Below are positions 41,601-52,493 of a DNA stretch of 64,000 nucleotides, piece by piece. How positions within the stretch are numbered: the first letter of the stretch is position 1; the number at the start of each line of letters is the position of its first letter. Below the pieces are notes generated by a model. It was not told the DNA's origin and ran no database searches. It worked only from the letters and a program-made list of their open reading frames with translations. Position numbers and translations under genes: made by a program. This DNA comes from Naegleria gruberi (Eukaryota): the NCBI GenBank assembly GCA_000004985.1, contig GG738846.1; one strand, 5' to 3'.

Positions 41601-43190
41601 AAATTTCAACCCTAAAATTTTAGCAAGAGTACTAATTTCTTCATTCTTTACAACCTTATCCAGTTTACAATCTCTTACATTGAGAGGTTTTCCCTTTAGT
41701 GGGAATACTCCGTAGTAATCTCTACCAACTACACTCAAACCACCAACAGCAAGAGCTTTAGCAGAGTCTCCTTCTGTTAAAATCAAGGTACACTTTTCAG
41801 AATTTTTACTACCAGCATCGTTAGCATCATCCAATTTAGAAATACCAGTCAATCTTGATTTTTTAGTTCCTGATTTCTTATTGAGGGCTTTTTCTGACTT
41901 GAAATCAGCATACTTCAATACTGCTTCTGAAGCCATTTTAGTGACCTTCTTTAAGAATGCTTCATCTAATTTACATTTAGAACCAAAATCTTTCATAGAT
42001 GTGGTAAGAGTTTCCTTAGATTGAGAATCAAAAGATGGGTTAATAATTAGAGAACTGACAAATACCCATAATTGATTCTTAATGTAGGCAGGTTTGATAG
42101 TGTTATTTTTTTTAACCAGTGCCTTTTTGATATTATCTGAAACTTGATTTACGATATGATCAACATGTTTACCGCCTTTGGTTGTGCAAATACTATTGAC
42201 AAAACTGACTTGTTGCATGGAACCTTCACTCAATGTTATACCAACTTTCCATCTCTTACCATCTTCAAAGTAATGAATTTCCTTATCTATTGTGTAAAGT
42301 TTGACATAATCTTTAAATGTTTTCATTCCTGTAATCTTTTTTCCATTCAAATAAATACCAATACCAGTTTTAAGAGTACCTGCCAAATCATAAACTCTCT
42401 TTTTTAATAGGGAAACAATATCATCATCTAGTTTATCCATTCCAAATTTAGAAAGATCAGGATAAAAAGTAATTTCTGTATAACTTTCAGCTTTTGAACA
42501 TGTTGTAATTTTAGGTTCTTCCTCTTTTTCCATATTTTGAGTCCAAGTTTGTCTAAACTTTTTCTTTTCCTCAGAGTCTACTGTTTCAACAATAAACTTT
42601 TCGGAAAATATGTTTGTAAGTTTTGCACCATAACCATTTCTACCACCTGTAACTCTTTTTTGTGTATCATCAAAATTACTACTAGTTAACAAGTGACCAA
42701 AAATCATTGTTGGCACATAAATTTTGTGTTCGGCATGGATCTTGACAGGAATGCCTGCACCATTATTGTAGACTGATATTTCGTTTTGTTCGGGATTGAT
42801 TGTAACTTTAATCTTGTTGCAAGTTTCATCTCTAACAGAGTGATCGGCAGCATTGACTAGAATTTCATCAAAGATTTTATACAAGGCTGGAACAAATTTG
42901 ATAGTTTTCATCTTCATTCTTTTGTCTTCATCATCCCAAATCCACATATCCTCACCTTCTTGCATATTGACTGACCCAACATAGGTATCAGGTCTCAAAA
43001 GGATTTGTTCACGAAGACTTTTCTTTTGATAAATTTCTTCGACAGTCTTGTTCTTGTTGTTGTTAGATTCATCATGATCAATGAATTCAACCTCATCGTC
43101 TGATTCTTCGGCAGCAGAAGCTTCATCATCCGATTCTTCTTTTCTCTTTCTTTTTGGTGCAGCAGCTGGTGCTTTCTTCTTTGGTGGCAT
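38634..43190 (-). CDS. TOP2: DNA topoisomerase II, 1518 aa, intronless.
   Basis: GHKL ATPase (EILVNAADH, GRNGYGAKL), TOPRIM (LILTEGDSAKALA, MIMADQDHDGSHIKGLLINF) and the WHD/catalytic Tyr region. Start at MPPKKK (ATG 43190) rather than the track's upstream extension. The basic/acidic C-terminal tail has four PKRGRKPAxKK repeats. Confidence 0.92.
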   Translation of the reverse strand: MPPKKKAPAAAPKRKRKEESDDEASAAEESDDEVEFIDHDESNNNKNKTVEEIYQKKSLREQILLRPDTYVGSVNMQEGEDMWIWDDEDKRMKMKTIKFVPALYKIFDEILVNAADHSVRDETCNKIKVTINPEQNEISVYNNGAGIPVKIHAEHKIYVPTMIFGHLLTSSNFDDTQKRVTGGRNGYGAKLTNIFSEKFIVETVDSEEKKKFRQTWTQNMEKEEEPKITTCSKAESYTEITFYPDLSKFGMDKLDDDIVSLLKKRVYDLAGTLKTGIGIYLNGKKITGMKTFKDYVKLYTIDKEIHYFEDGKRWKVGITLSEGSMQQVSFVNSICTTKGGKHVDHIVNQVSDNIKKALVKKNNTIKPAYIKNQLWVFVSSLIINPSFDSQSKETLTTSMKDFGSKCKLDEAFLKKVTKMASEAVLKYADFKSEKALNKKSGTKKSRLTGISKLDDANDAGSKNSEKCTLILTEGDSAKALAVGGLSVVGRDYYGVFPLKGKPLNVRDCKLDKVVKNEEISTLAKILGLKFDKTYTKEDIKSLRYGSIMIMADQDHDGSHIKGLLINFIHKFWPSLLKIPGFLKEFITPIVKATNNRTKKAVTFFSIPEYETWKEGLSDTKGWTIKYYKGLGTSTAPEAKEYFSNMSLHQKRFKYDTDCDKKITSVFSKAATDERKEWLNNHQEGTYIDHSKKEISYTDFIDKELILFSKADCKRSIPSIVDGLKPGQRKILFSCFKRNLKKEIKVAQLAGYVSEQSAYHHGEDSLNGTVVNMAQNFVGSNNINLLYPGGMFGTRLQGGKDSASPRYIFTKLSEITRYIFPKADDPVLEYLDDDGQSIEPRFYVPILPMVLVNGSEGIGTAWSTNIETYNPVDIVEGLKALIKGEEAKEFHPWYKGFDGIIERLAPTKWQTKGVIEKIDDNTLDISELPIRIWTESFKERLEKMMEAQQVDDFRENHTDVTVSFTVKMTDKQMKDAEDAGLYDYFKLFKKFSTSNMVLFSEEGGIKEYETVLDILKEFYPIRLKFYGKRKEYMLEKMKKELEILSNKVRFIMEVINETIQVKKRKKADLLKELKTKKYSSFPKEKKIAAAGDIQNEEEEEEEDEEKDVADLTDGYNYLLSMPLWSLTVEKVKKLEKEKEEKVKEVEQLENTKPETMWLSELDEFLEKLDSYEQKEQKEFDFYLKKIEKERGKHGKIPRPKGYRATSKLRPDIVVNESTAKVKTTRKRATSVKKEEQADDDEKPKRGRKPAVKKEEDEDDAEEKEEKPKRGRKPAAKKVVKEESDEEEDEEKEEKPKRGRKPAAKKKDDKDDEKPKRGRKPATKKQVEEDDEDDEDDDEEEEEEAKPKAVKSNRSAAKQTKLSFTKNEELAEEKKDEEPEEELSFAERVKRKTSAATTPAQPAASSSQSDEKQEDEELITAPIKTRETKPPTKKRKTSITDFFELKKKAEEVVVSDAEEDKEEPKARGRPVRTTRANKKVESEDEEEEEEEIIELSDSEASEPEDGEDDGDEFIPSDEED
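39220..39500. repeat. Four imperfect ~72-84-bp tandem repeats inside the TOP2 C-terminal coding region.
   Basis: Each encodes EEKPKRGRKPAAKK (AT-hook-like GRKP core) flanked by acidic runs. They show as the repeated AAGFLPRFGF peptide in the antisense track ORF 39028..39591. Confidence 0.6.
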
Positions 43191-43234
43191 CTTTAATGGT
43201 ATTTTTTTTCTTTTTGTTAACAGAAAATTATTTG

Positions 43235-43246
43235 TTTGGCGCCAAA
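43235..43246. promoter_or_regulatory. Perfect palindrome TTTGGCGCCAAA (canonical overlapping E2F sites), about 45 bp upstream of the TOP2 ATG.
   Basis: Exact 12-bp palindrome. TOP2 is a classical E2F target in animals and plants. Confidence 0.55.
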
Positions 43247-43315
43247 CAAATGCTAGGCTTTTCAAAACATTGTTAGAGATATCTTCTTTCAATGGTTACA
43301 ACAACTCAAATTTTT

Positions 43316-46300
43316 TTATTGAATTGATCTGTACATGTAATTATTTGTACTATTCAGAGAATAGGTACTACCATCGTGTGACTCGTGCAATGTGTTTCCA
43401 GGATTTAAACGACCTGTAATTGGGGCGGGCATTGACTTTACCTCATGCACCAATTTTTCTCGTTCTTCTGTAGGGTTAACTCTCAATTTTCTAAAAGGGC
43501 TTCCAAGTGGTTGCCACTGATGAATAATGTTAACATTCACCAGAGTTCCATGCACAGGAACGTGTGTTTGTTTGGAAAAACTTTCAAGAAGTCTTGAATA
43601 GGATTTCTTTGGATGTTTTTCTTTGGTTGTTCTCGATTTATCCAGAACAACTTCTCTCTGATTTACTTTCACATTCTTTCCAATTGTTGAATTATATTGT
43701 TGCTCGGCAATAAATTTTGCTGCATTAATTACGCCCCATTTCTTTAGGGATTCTTTTGATATCTGTACATATTGTCCAGTTTTTTCGTCGAGAATAATAA
43801 TAGTTTTCTTTGGATCTTTAGAATTTTCCTTATAGGGAACAGAAGGAATATCTTCGACAACATTTTGACTAGCATCATCCAAAAAAGTTTCCCAATTCAA
43901 ATTCTTTGATTCGTTTGACATTCCAATAGCTTCCTGGATGGCATCTCTAAGAATGGATGTAATTTCAGCAATTGACGATGGAACAGGGCTTGAATTCATA
44001 GGGTCCATAGACCTGTAAGCGTCATGTCTAACTGTTTCATACGGTAAGTATTTTCTATTAGGAAGAGAGGCTGAGGATACTATTGGCTTAATGCTAGGTT
44101 CTATTCTGCTGTTGTAGCTTCTTACTGAAGACATTGTTTCAGAGACATTGGCAGGAGATGTGAGTTTGGCTTTGATGAGCGTTTTCATCTTATTAGCAGT
44201 AAGATCTGGTTTCACTTTTGGAATATCTACTTCAACCTTCTTTTGAGGAGATTTCTTGTTTTTAACAATTGCCTTTATGGCTTCATGACCATCAAGCTCT
44301 TCCACATTTGATTTATCATTTCTCTTTTTTGATTTTTCAATCCTGTTCTTTGAAAGATATTTCAAGTCCTCATATCTCTTTTTCAATGGAGATTTGTGTC
44401 TTCTATTACCGTCAAATATTCTTTTTGCAGCATTAAAGTTAGCTCTCAAATCTCTAATTCTCTTGTCCTTTGACTTGATAAGCTTTTCCATATATTCAAG
44501 TTGATTCTCGTACTTGTTACGTTCTCTCTCAAAAATATCTTCACCATCGTGGGATGCTCTCAATAATTCTTCATTCTCTCCAAAAACTTCTTCGGCGTCA
44601 TCGAAACTATATTCATCTTCTTGAAAGGACTGGTAAACCTTATTGAAAGAGCCCATTAGATCCACATGCTCATTTTTCAGTTCCTCATACCTCTTGAAAA
44701 CATTTTTAATCTCTTCCTCATCAGCTTCATCAAGGGGAGAATTTTCAAGACTAAGCTTTAAGAACTCGATAATCTGATCCTTTTCTTTCAAAGTATTCTC
44801 CAAAGCATCCATTTTAAGTTTAAATTCAATCTGTGCTTTGATCTTTTCCTTGCTCCGTTTAATTTGACTTCTCTTCTGACTAATGTCTTTAAGTTGTGAC
44901 TGGAACATGGTGCTAGAACTATCTCTATCCTTTTCTTGTATTTGCTTAATTCCCGTTGTAGGGTCCACTACCATAGTTGGTTCTGGGAATACTCTATTCC
45001 TCAATTGATATGGTAAAATGGTTCTTATTACCTCTGGATCATCCATGCCCTTTAGAACAACAGGACCCATATACTTGCACCAAACCTTTTCAGAAAATGT
45101 ATCAAGTTTGTCTTTGATGGCATCCCACACAGAGTTTGAAATGACTATTTGACCACCTGCAGCCTGACCTTCAACTCTGGCTGACCTATTCACCACTGGT
45201 CCGAAATAGTCATATCTTCCTGTAACTGGATCCTTTTCAACAATTGGTTTACCTACATGGATACCCATTCTCACTCGCAGTCCTCTAAATATCATAGCAT
45301 TTGCATCTTCTGTGTCGTATTCAATTCTACCAGGTTTCAGACTCATCAATTCATTTGGCCAATCACCATACACCAAAGAAATTTGAGTCTTGATCGCAAA
45401 CTCAACAGCATCTTCAACACGATGAAAAGCACACATAAACTTTGTTAAATCATTGCTAGTGGTTGAAGAACATTTTTAAAAAAACTTACTGCATCACCTT
45501 CTGTTTTTACTTCGAACCCATCAGTTTCTGCTAAAATACTTCTTATTATTGAATTGTGAAGTTTTAGTGACTTTTCCATTGTTAAAGGATCAAGTTCCCA
45601 TAATCTTGTAGAATCTTGAACGTCTGTAAAAACAAGAGCCACCTCTCCTCTTGGACCTTCTTTAGGAACATTTTCGTCTTTCTTGTCTTCCTTATAAAAC
45701 TGCAGTCTTCTTTTCAAAATATCCATTTGTGTTTTGTAATCCGATAATTGGTTAGCCAAATCATTTGCTTCAAGAGAGACCTCTTTCAATTGTTTTTGGT
45801 CTTTTTCTTTCTTTTGTTCTTGGCTACTAAGAATGAGGGGTATTATTTGAGATTTTCTCATAATTGCTTCCTCATTTCTAGGTTTTGGAGGTGGTAATTT
45901 GATTTCTTGAATGGGTATTGGTACAAACTGTTGTTGAGATGGTTTTTTCTCAACAGGTGGTGGGAGTAATTCAATTTTTGAATTAGTTTTTGACAATGGT
46001 TGTGGAGTTTGTCTTCTACTCGTAGGCTTTTGAGGTATTTCTTCCATAACAACCAATTCCTTATCAGTTGTAATTTCCTCTTCGCTGTCACTCAAAACAA
46101 GGATCTCTGGAGTTGGTTTAACAGGAGATGCTCGTTCTACTACCAATTCTGGTTTTTTGTCTTCATGTTTTTCTTCTTTTGAGGGTTCTTCTGGAATGAG
46201 AAGCACCAGATCATCATCCTTTTTTTCCTCAATGGCAGGTTTGGGTTCAAAATCCTCCTCCAGCTCGTCCAACATAGTGGGCGATGACCCGTCCACTATT

Positions 46301-47247
46301 GGAATAGTTTTTAGAGTGGCTTGTTTTTTTAGTTTTTCAGCCTTTCTAATAAGCTTTTTCTTTAGTTTTTCAGCATCTTCTCTCTCCTTCTGCAGTCTAT
46401 CAAGTTCTGATTTTCTTTTCAGTTCCAAATTTTTGAGATTGGCGAGTGTCTCCTGTACCTTTTTTGATTGCTCTTTCAAAGCAAAATATGAAGCTGTATC
46501 AATTGTTGTGGTGTTATTTTCAGAATCGAGAATATCATCAGATTGATAGGTATCATTGGCCATTTCATCCTCATATCTATTCTTTTTAGACCAATTAAAT
46601 AAAGAATAATCCGTTGGTTGATAAGCTATTGAAGCTCCTTTCTTAAATAATTCCTCTCTCAGTAGTATTAATTCTTTGAAAAATGCTTCTCTTTGATGAT
46701 CGAGAAGTTCATTTCTTCTTTTGAGTTGACCTTTCATTAATTCCACTTCCACTTCATGCCTTCTGAGTTTTTCAGATAAATCTCTATTGTTAGTTAATAA
46801 TTCTTCCTCTTTCTTATTTCTTGCAATTCTTTCCCTTTCTATTTGTTGTTCTCTAATGATTGATTGAATTTTTAAGTCATCAAAGGCACTTCCGTGGTCA
46901 GGAGTTGCTGAAATTGATTTAATGGGAGTTTTAGTGCCACCATGATCATCCTCTGAAGAGGTTGGCCTCTGACTTGACTTTGGGCGAGATCTTCTACTGC
47001 TTACTCTTCTCCTCGATGAAGAGGTTCCAACTCTATCCTGTGGTGTTGAAGGATCGATTGGAGATTGGGCTTCCATTCTACCTTCCGAAGCTTCTGAAAC
47101 TCGTGATTGAGGTCTTTCCTTAGGATTAATAATACCCAATTCGAGAGGTGAGTCATCACTGTCCTCCTCATTTTGTTGTTGAGAAGAATTTTCGTTTTGT
47201 TTTACATCGAGGTAAGGAAGTTTTTTAAAGGATGCACTCGAGTCCAT
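43316..47247 (-). CDS. Class III nucleotidyl (adenylyl/guanylyl) cyclase with a long N-terminal coiled-coil region, about 1293 aa. Exons 47247..45490 and 45439..43316, intron 45489..45440 (50 nt).
   Basis: The intron GTAAGT...AACAAAG joins ...ALVFTDVQDSTRLWE...KTEGDA to FMCAFHRVEDAVEFA..., recreating the cyclase (K/T)xGDA(F/Y)M motif. Downstream are RVRMGIHVGKPIV, YFGPVVNRSARVE and a C-terminal extension. The start ATG 47247 is uncertain because there is no A-run. Confidence 0.65.
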
Positions 47248-47417
47248 ACTAAAATATATCCAAGCTGATGATATTATTTTCTTCTTTTGCAATTCCTCAG
47301 AGATATTGTCTTCCTCCTAAAATCAATATAGAATAACTACCTCAAATAACCTATTTGTCTTATACTACTAGTACCTGTTGAGTTCTTTTTTTAAACTTTG
47401 AAAAACCGTAATTTTAA

Positions 47418-47430
47418 AATGGCGCCAACC
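47418..47430. promoter_or_regulatory. E2F-like element AATGGCGCCAACC upstream of the cyclase gene.
   Basis: GGCGCC core in the spacer between the cyclase 5' end and the 3' end of the thioredoxin-like gene. Confidence 0.4.
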
Positions 47431-47487
47431 GACATTAACTTTTTGATTTATTCGATTTTTTCAATCACTACCATTAACAAGTTCATT

Positions 47488-48360
47488 TTAAAAATCCAAA
47501 CTCGAGTCGTCCAAATGAGAATCGATATTCACTCTGTCTGATAACAAACTGTTATCATTGAGTGGTTGATCATATTCATCCCCTTCTTCTGTCTTTTCCT
47601 TATTATACAAATCAATTAGTCTTTTCAATATACTATTAATCCTGGAAATATTGACACCTGATACATCTTCCATTAATTTTCCGCCCTTATAAAAGAGAAA
47701 TCTTGGACAAGATTTCCCTCTTACTGAAGCTATGAGAGGTACCCATGATTGCCTGTCAATATCTGAAAACGGATGTTGATTCGACGAGTCAATCACAAGA
47801 GATGACCTCATTGAACGATCTTGCATGCTTTCATCCATACTCTTGGAAAGATTTTCAATGTTTGAAATGTTGAGATTCGAAATATTTGAATCCGATTTTT
47901 CTATTGGGCTGATTGAGGCCATTGGTGTCTCATTTGTTTGCCCCTCCTGTAACACCATTGAATTATTTACAGAGCTTGAAGGAGAAAGAAGGTCAGCAAA
48001 TAGGCTGTCATTTAAATTATTATTTTGCTTTTTTGGAGGTGTTTGTGGAGCTTGTTGTGGAGATGGTTGAGGTGATTTCAAGTTTTTTGTTTTGTATAAC
48101 GAGAGAGGAAAACCAGCATTTTCAAGTGAAGCAATTACTTGATCTGAATTGACACACACGAAAGAAATTGGACAAAATTCATTAGCCTCCAAATATAATT
48201 TTTGAAAGTAAGGAACAACAACCTTACACGATCCAACCCAATCCGTATAAATATCTAGAACGATGATGGAACCGGAATGCAAAGACTTGGTAAATTCCTT
48301 CTCCAATTCTTTAAAGTTGGTTGTTTGAGTTTGAAAATCAATTCTGTGTCCTTTTTGCAT
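47488..48360 (-). CDS. Thioredoxin-fold (TXNDC/phosducin-like) protein, 290 aa.
   Basis: IVLDIYTDWVGSCKVVVPYFQKL (degenerate WCxxC) and C-terminal CPRFLFYKGGKL are typical of thioredoxin-like domains. It lies in tandem with the PDI gene. Confidence 0.45.
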   Translation of the reverse strand: MQKGHRIDFQTQTTNFKELEKEFTKSLHSGSIIVLDIYTDWVGSCKVVVPYFQKLYLEANEFCPISFVCVNSDQVIASLENAGFPLSLYKTKNLKSPQPSPQQAPQTPPKKQNNNLNDSLFADLLSPSSSVNNSMVLQEGQTNETPMASISPIEKSDSNISNLNISNIENLSKSMDESMQDRSMRSSLVIDSSNQHPFSDIDRQSWVPLIASVRGKSCPRFLFYKGGKLMEDVSGVNISRINSILKRLIDLYNKEKTEEGDEYDQPLNDNSLLSDRVNIDSHLDDSSLDF

Positions 48361-48461
48361 TTTTTTCTAGAGTTTGTATTTTCATTCTTGAAAAATACAA
48401 AGCCATGTGTTTCTAATGGCATTAATTGAACTTAATAAATTTTTTGTTTTATCTAGTTGAC

Positions 48462-49571
48462 TTAATTGAAGGTCTTCAAAACGTTCATTCTAATCTTCAT
48501 GGCATCAGCTCTATCACCAGAAACTGAACCACCAGCCAAAATCTTTTCCAATCTGGCAACTTCAGTAGCAACGTATTCAGCACCCTTTTCAACAATACGA
48601 GCCATAGCCTTAGCATAGACATCAGCATTAGCCTTAGCAGCACCAACCAAGGAACTGACTGTAGCTTCAACTTCAGCAATAACCTTCTTCTTATCTTCAA
48701 CAGTAGAAGCGGCAAGGAACTTCTTGACTGGACCAACCATACTGGCGAGAACACCAGCCTTTTCAGACAAGGCTCCTTCAATATTACGTGAAGTACCAGC
48801 CTTATTGTTCAAAAATTCGAGGAAAGCTGGAGCTTCTCTACCAGAGTTATATTCTTCAGCTTCCTTATTTTCCTTAGCTGGGAAGAACTTCAAAGTTGGA
48901 TAACCTTGAACGCCATACTTGGAACAGAGATCTCTATACTTGTCGCAATCAACATGAGCAACAACAACACTCTTTTCATTGAGGAAAGCCTTGGCAACCT
49001 TTTCATAGTCTGGAGCCATCTTCTTACAATGTCCACACCATGGAGCATAGAATTTAACCAAAACATTCTTTTCACTATCCAAGACAATCTTGTCAAAGGT
49101 TTGTGGGCTAAGATCTTCAACAAAGGTTGGTTCCTTGGCAATTCTCAATCTGGAGCTTGGTTCCTTTTGATTAATGAAATCAACCATAGCTTCAACAGTT
49201 CTTCCGCTATTGTATTCAATTGGTTCGGATGATCCACGTGGGAAGTACTTCAAAGTTGGATAACCTTGAACACCATACTTGGAACAAACATCTCTTTCGT
49301 TATCACAGTTAATTTTAGCAACAGCAACAATGGTTGGCTTGGCTTTGATCAAAGCTTGACCGAGTTTGACCATTTCTGGGGCAAGATTCTTACAATGTCC
49401 ACACCATGGAGCATAGAATTCAACAAGGACACCCTTGGATCCATCAAGAACAGAAGCAGCATTGGCATTAGTAAGATCAATGATACCTTCCATGCTAGAT
49501 TCTGGTGTATCGGCCATAACGAGGGCAGCGAACAAGACTGCCAAGATTGTAGCGATGATGAGTTTTCTCAT
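48462..49571 (-). CDS. PDI: Protein disulfide isomerase (two a-type thioredoxin domains + helical D domain; P5/ERp38-like), 369 aa.
   Basis: Signal peptide MRKLIIATILAVLFAALVMA, then two copies of APWCGHCK. The internal duplication also shows as paired antisense track ORFs. Confidence 0.88.
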   Translation of the reverse strand: MRKLIIATILAVLFAALVMADTPESSMEGIIDLTNANAASVLDGSKGVLVEFYAPWCGHCKNLAPEMVKLGQALIKAKPTIVAVAKINCDNERDVCSKYGVQGYPTLKYFPRGSSEPIEYNSGRTVEAMVDFINQKEPSSRLRIAKEPTFVEDLSPQTFDKIVLDSEKNVLVKFYAPWCGHCKKMAPDYEKVAKAFLNEKSVVVAHVDCDKYRDLCSKYGVQGYPTLKFFPAKENKEAEEYNSGREAPAFLEFLNNKAGTSRNIEGALSEKAGVLASMVGPVKKFLAASTVEDKKKVIAEVEATVSSLVGAAKANADVYAKAMARIVEKGAEYVATEVARLEKILAGGSVSGDRADAMKIRMNVLKTFN

Positions 49572-49655
49572 TTTTTTAATTTGTCATTTTAAAAATTAAT
49601 TATTTTTTCAATTCATTGTTCCGAGATGAGGCTTCAGTCTGTTTGCTGCACAAGG

Positions 49656-49670
49656 CGAACACGTGTCTCG
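49656..49670. promoter_or_regulatory. GC-rich block GGCGAACACGTGTCTCG containing a CACGTG palindrome in the PDI / GPI-transferase divergent promoter.
   Basis: It is the only GC-rich island in the 239-bp spacer shared by two ER-resident genes. CACGTG-type boxes are bound by bHLH/bZIP factors, including unfolded-protein-response regulators. Confidence 0.3.
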
Positions 49671-49809
49671 AGTAAGGATAACATAAAGGATTCACTCTCT
49701 TAGTTTGAAATAACCAAAGATGAGAGTGGTAACGTTTGGTTCAAAGTTTAAAAATATTAATTGCTAAATGTTCCCTCTTTTTATTGTTGATAAATCAACT
49801 CTTTAAAAA

Positions 49810-52362
49810 ATGCAGAGAAGGGAAACTTCTCCGAAGAAGAAGAATATCATCATATTACACATCACGATCATTCTGTTAACTGCTATTTATTTATTTACAT
49901 TTAAAGGATATTTACTGAGTAGAAAAATATTAAAACATGATAAATACTATTCGACATTTAATACTACTCAACAATCATATATTCAAAGAACTAATCAAAA
50001 TGAGGATCAGAATAATCCTCCTAGGATTAATATAATTATTATGATTATTGATGCATTGAGATTTGATTTTTATTCAGAATTACCTCGTCTGAAAGAATTG
50101 AAAAGGCTTTATCCTAATAGGACGAGATTATTTAAATTTATTGCTGATGCTCCAACCACCACAAGCCAAAGATTGAAAGGATTAACAACAGGATCATTAC
50201 CAACATTTTTAGAAGCCATGTATAACTTCAATTCTGAGGAAATTAATGAGGATTCAATTATTCATCAATTAAAAAGATCCAATGCTAATGTAATCATGCT
50301 GGGAGATGATACATGGAAGAGTTTATTTAATTCGACACATTATTTTAGTAATCATCATTTGTTTCCATCATTTAATGTTTGGGATTTACATTCTGTAGAT
50401 AATGGAATTTTAAATCATTTATATCCATATTTGGAGAAGTTAAATAATGTTAATGAAAATGAAAGGAATTTGTTAGTAGCTCATTTTCTTGGAGTTGACC
50501 ATTGCGGACACAGACATGGGGTTCATCATCCAGAAATGAAACTAAAATTAAATCAAATGAATGAGGTCATTAACAATATGACCAACATGATTTCACATGA
50601 AAACTCTATATTTCTCTTATTTGGAGATCATGGAATGAATGATAATGGAGATCATGGTGGAAATTCAGATTTGGAAGTAGATTCTCTCTTATTTGCCTAT
50701 TCACCATTCATGGATTTAATTGAGAAGAATTATAGAGAGAGTGTACCACAAATAGATTTGGTACCTACTCTAAGTTTTCTATTGAACATTCCATCGCCAT
50801 ATGGAAATTTGGGGAAACTCATTCCATCCATGATTCCAACAAAATATAAGGAGGCTTTGAATGAAATTATCAAAGAGAATGCGCTCCAGATTTATAACTA
50901 TATTGAAAAATATTCAAGCATCGATTCGAGTTTTATTTCATCAAATGAATGGGCTAAATTGCAATCCATCTACCAGCAAGCACAATCTGGAAATAACTAT
51001 CAAGAATACGAAAAGTTTATAGATGAAATAGTTTTGATATGTAGAAAAAGTTGGGCATCATTTAACGAGTTTTACCTTTGGTTGGGAATGATCTTATTCG
51101 CATTGATCACACTTGTTTTGGTGATCGACATATTGTTTGATATTAATTTAGAGGTAGACATGGCAACAAGCTTCCTTTTCAAATTACTAAGAATATTCAT
51201 CCTCTTATCCACACTGATATTTATCGCCACTAATGTAGGGCCATTCTTTGATACTGATCTGGTCAATTATGTTCATTGTGGAGTGTGTATTGCGACTGCG
51301 CTATATTTTCTCACTGTTAGAATTGTCAAATTATATCAAGGAAAATTCACATTTATACACAGGAGAACAAGTAATTTTATTCTAATCATTGATTTTACCT
51401 GTTTGATAGCCTATTTCTTGAGTTTATTCTCTAACAGTTTTATAATATTTGAGGATAGAATGGTTAATTATATGATAATGTTTAGATTGGTCGTATACTA
51501 CCTGATGCAAGAAAATTTTAGCAAACAAATCAAATCAGTATCCTTCATCTATTTGGCCTTATTGCTACTTTCTGTCAATCAATCCTACAGTATGATAAGG
51601 TACAGATATCATGCAACAAATTTTATAGAGGATAATTTTCTTAATGTTTATACGAATGAGGTTTTAATGATTATTTATCTTATAGTTATTGGATATTTAA
51701 TGTATCTGGAATGTGGTATAATGTATTTCCCAATATTCTCATTGATTTTGGTCTACTTGTTTTATATTTCCACACTGTATCATTTTGGGCACACTAATTT
51801 AATAGCTCAAATTGTTTATTTTTCTTCCTTTCTGTATTTCATCAGAGAAGGTAAATTCCAAGCATTTATTCCTGTATTCTTGATACTTTATGACCATAGG
51901 TATTTGTTTTCATTTGTTGTTCTCCTCACTCAGTACTATACGTATAGTTTACTTTGTAAGGATTTTTCTCAATTTAAGACTAGTCAAATTATTGATATAT
52001 TCTTATTTGGAGTGCAATCATATTTTGGGTTGGGTCATCAAAATTCAATGACTACCATACATTGGAATAGCGCCTTTGTTGGTATTGCCGAAGCTCATTT
52101 GGTATTGAGTGGGTTGTTGGTCATACTCAATCAGTATTCATTTAGAATATACACCTTTTTAAACATGGTACAGAGAAACGATCGTTGGAAATATTTGACA
52201 CTGTGTGTGTGGATTTCACTCTCAAGTATGATATGTTGCTATATTCAGAAAAGGCATTTGATGACCTGGGATATTTTTGCTCCAAAGTTTTTGTTTGAAA
52301 TACTGTTTACCATTATTGCATGCATTCTTACACTTGTTTCTTCATGCCTTTTAAATGAATAA
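49810..52362 (+). CDS. PIGO: GPI ethanolamine-phosphate transferase (PIG-O/Gpi13-like; alkaline-phosphatase-fold N-domain + polytopic membrane domain), 850 aa.
   Basis: IIMIIDALRFDF, LVAHFLGVDHCGHRHGVHHPEM, LFGDHGMNDNGDHGGNS, followed by about 12 TM helices. Confidence 0.75.
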   Translation: MQRRETSPKKKNIIILHITIILLTAIYLFTFKGYLLSRKILKHDKYYSTFNTTQQSYIQRTNQNEDQNNPPRINIIIMIIDALRFDFYSELPRLKELKRLYPNRTRLFKFIADAPTTTSQRLKGLTTGSLPTFLEAMYNFNSEEINEDSIIHQLKRSNANVIMLGDDTWKSLFNSTHYFSNHHLFPSFNVWDLHSVDNGILNHLYPYLEKLNNVNENERNLLVAHFLGVDHCGHRHGVHHPEMKLKLNQMNEVINNMTNMISHENSIFLLFGDHGMNDNGDHGGNSDLEVDSLLFAYSPFMDLIEKNYRESVPQIDLVPTLSFLLNIPSPYGNLGKLIPSMIPTKYKEALNEIIKENALQIYNYIEKYSSIDSSFISSNEWAKLQSIYQQAQSGNNYQEYEKFIDEIVLICRKSWASFNEFYLWLGMILFALITLVLVIDILFDINLEVDMATSFLFKLLRIFILLSTLIFIATNVGPFFDTDLVNYVHCGVCIATALYFLTVRIVKLYQGKFTFIHRRTSNFILIIDFTCLIAYFLSLFSNSFIIFEDRMVNYMIMFRLVVYYLMQENFSKQIKSVSFIYLALLLLSVNQSYSMIRYRYHATNFIEDNFLNVYTNEVLMIIYLIVIGYLMYLECGIMYFPIFSLILVYLFYISTLYHFGHTNLIAQIVYFSSFLYFIREGKFQAFIPVFLILYDHRYLFSFVVLLTQYYTYSLLCKDFSQFKTSQIIDIFLFGVQSYFGLGHQNSMTTIHWNSAFVGIAEAHLVLSGLLVILNQYSFRIYTFLNMVQRNDRWKYLTLCVWISLSSMICCYIQKRHLMTWDIFAPKFLFEILFTIIACILTLVSSCLLNE

Positions 52363-52493
52363 GCATTTGCTAAAGATAAAATCAAAGTTTTGACTTTCTA
52401 ACAGATCTTTTTGTTCAGGTATTGAATAAATAACAATATATTTGGATTAGAATATTCATCGTTACTAAATTTAATAAAAACTGTACATTAAAT

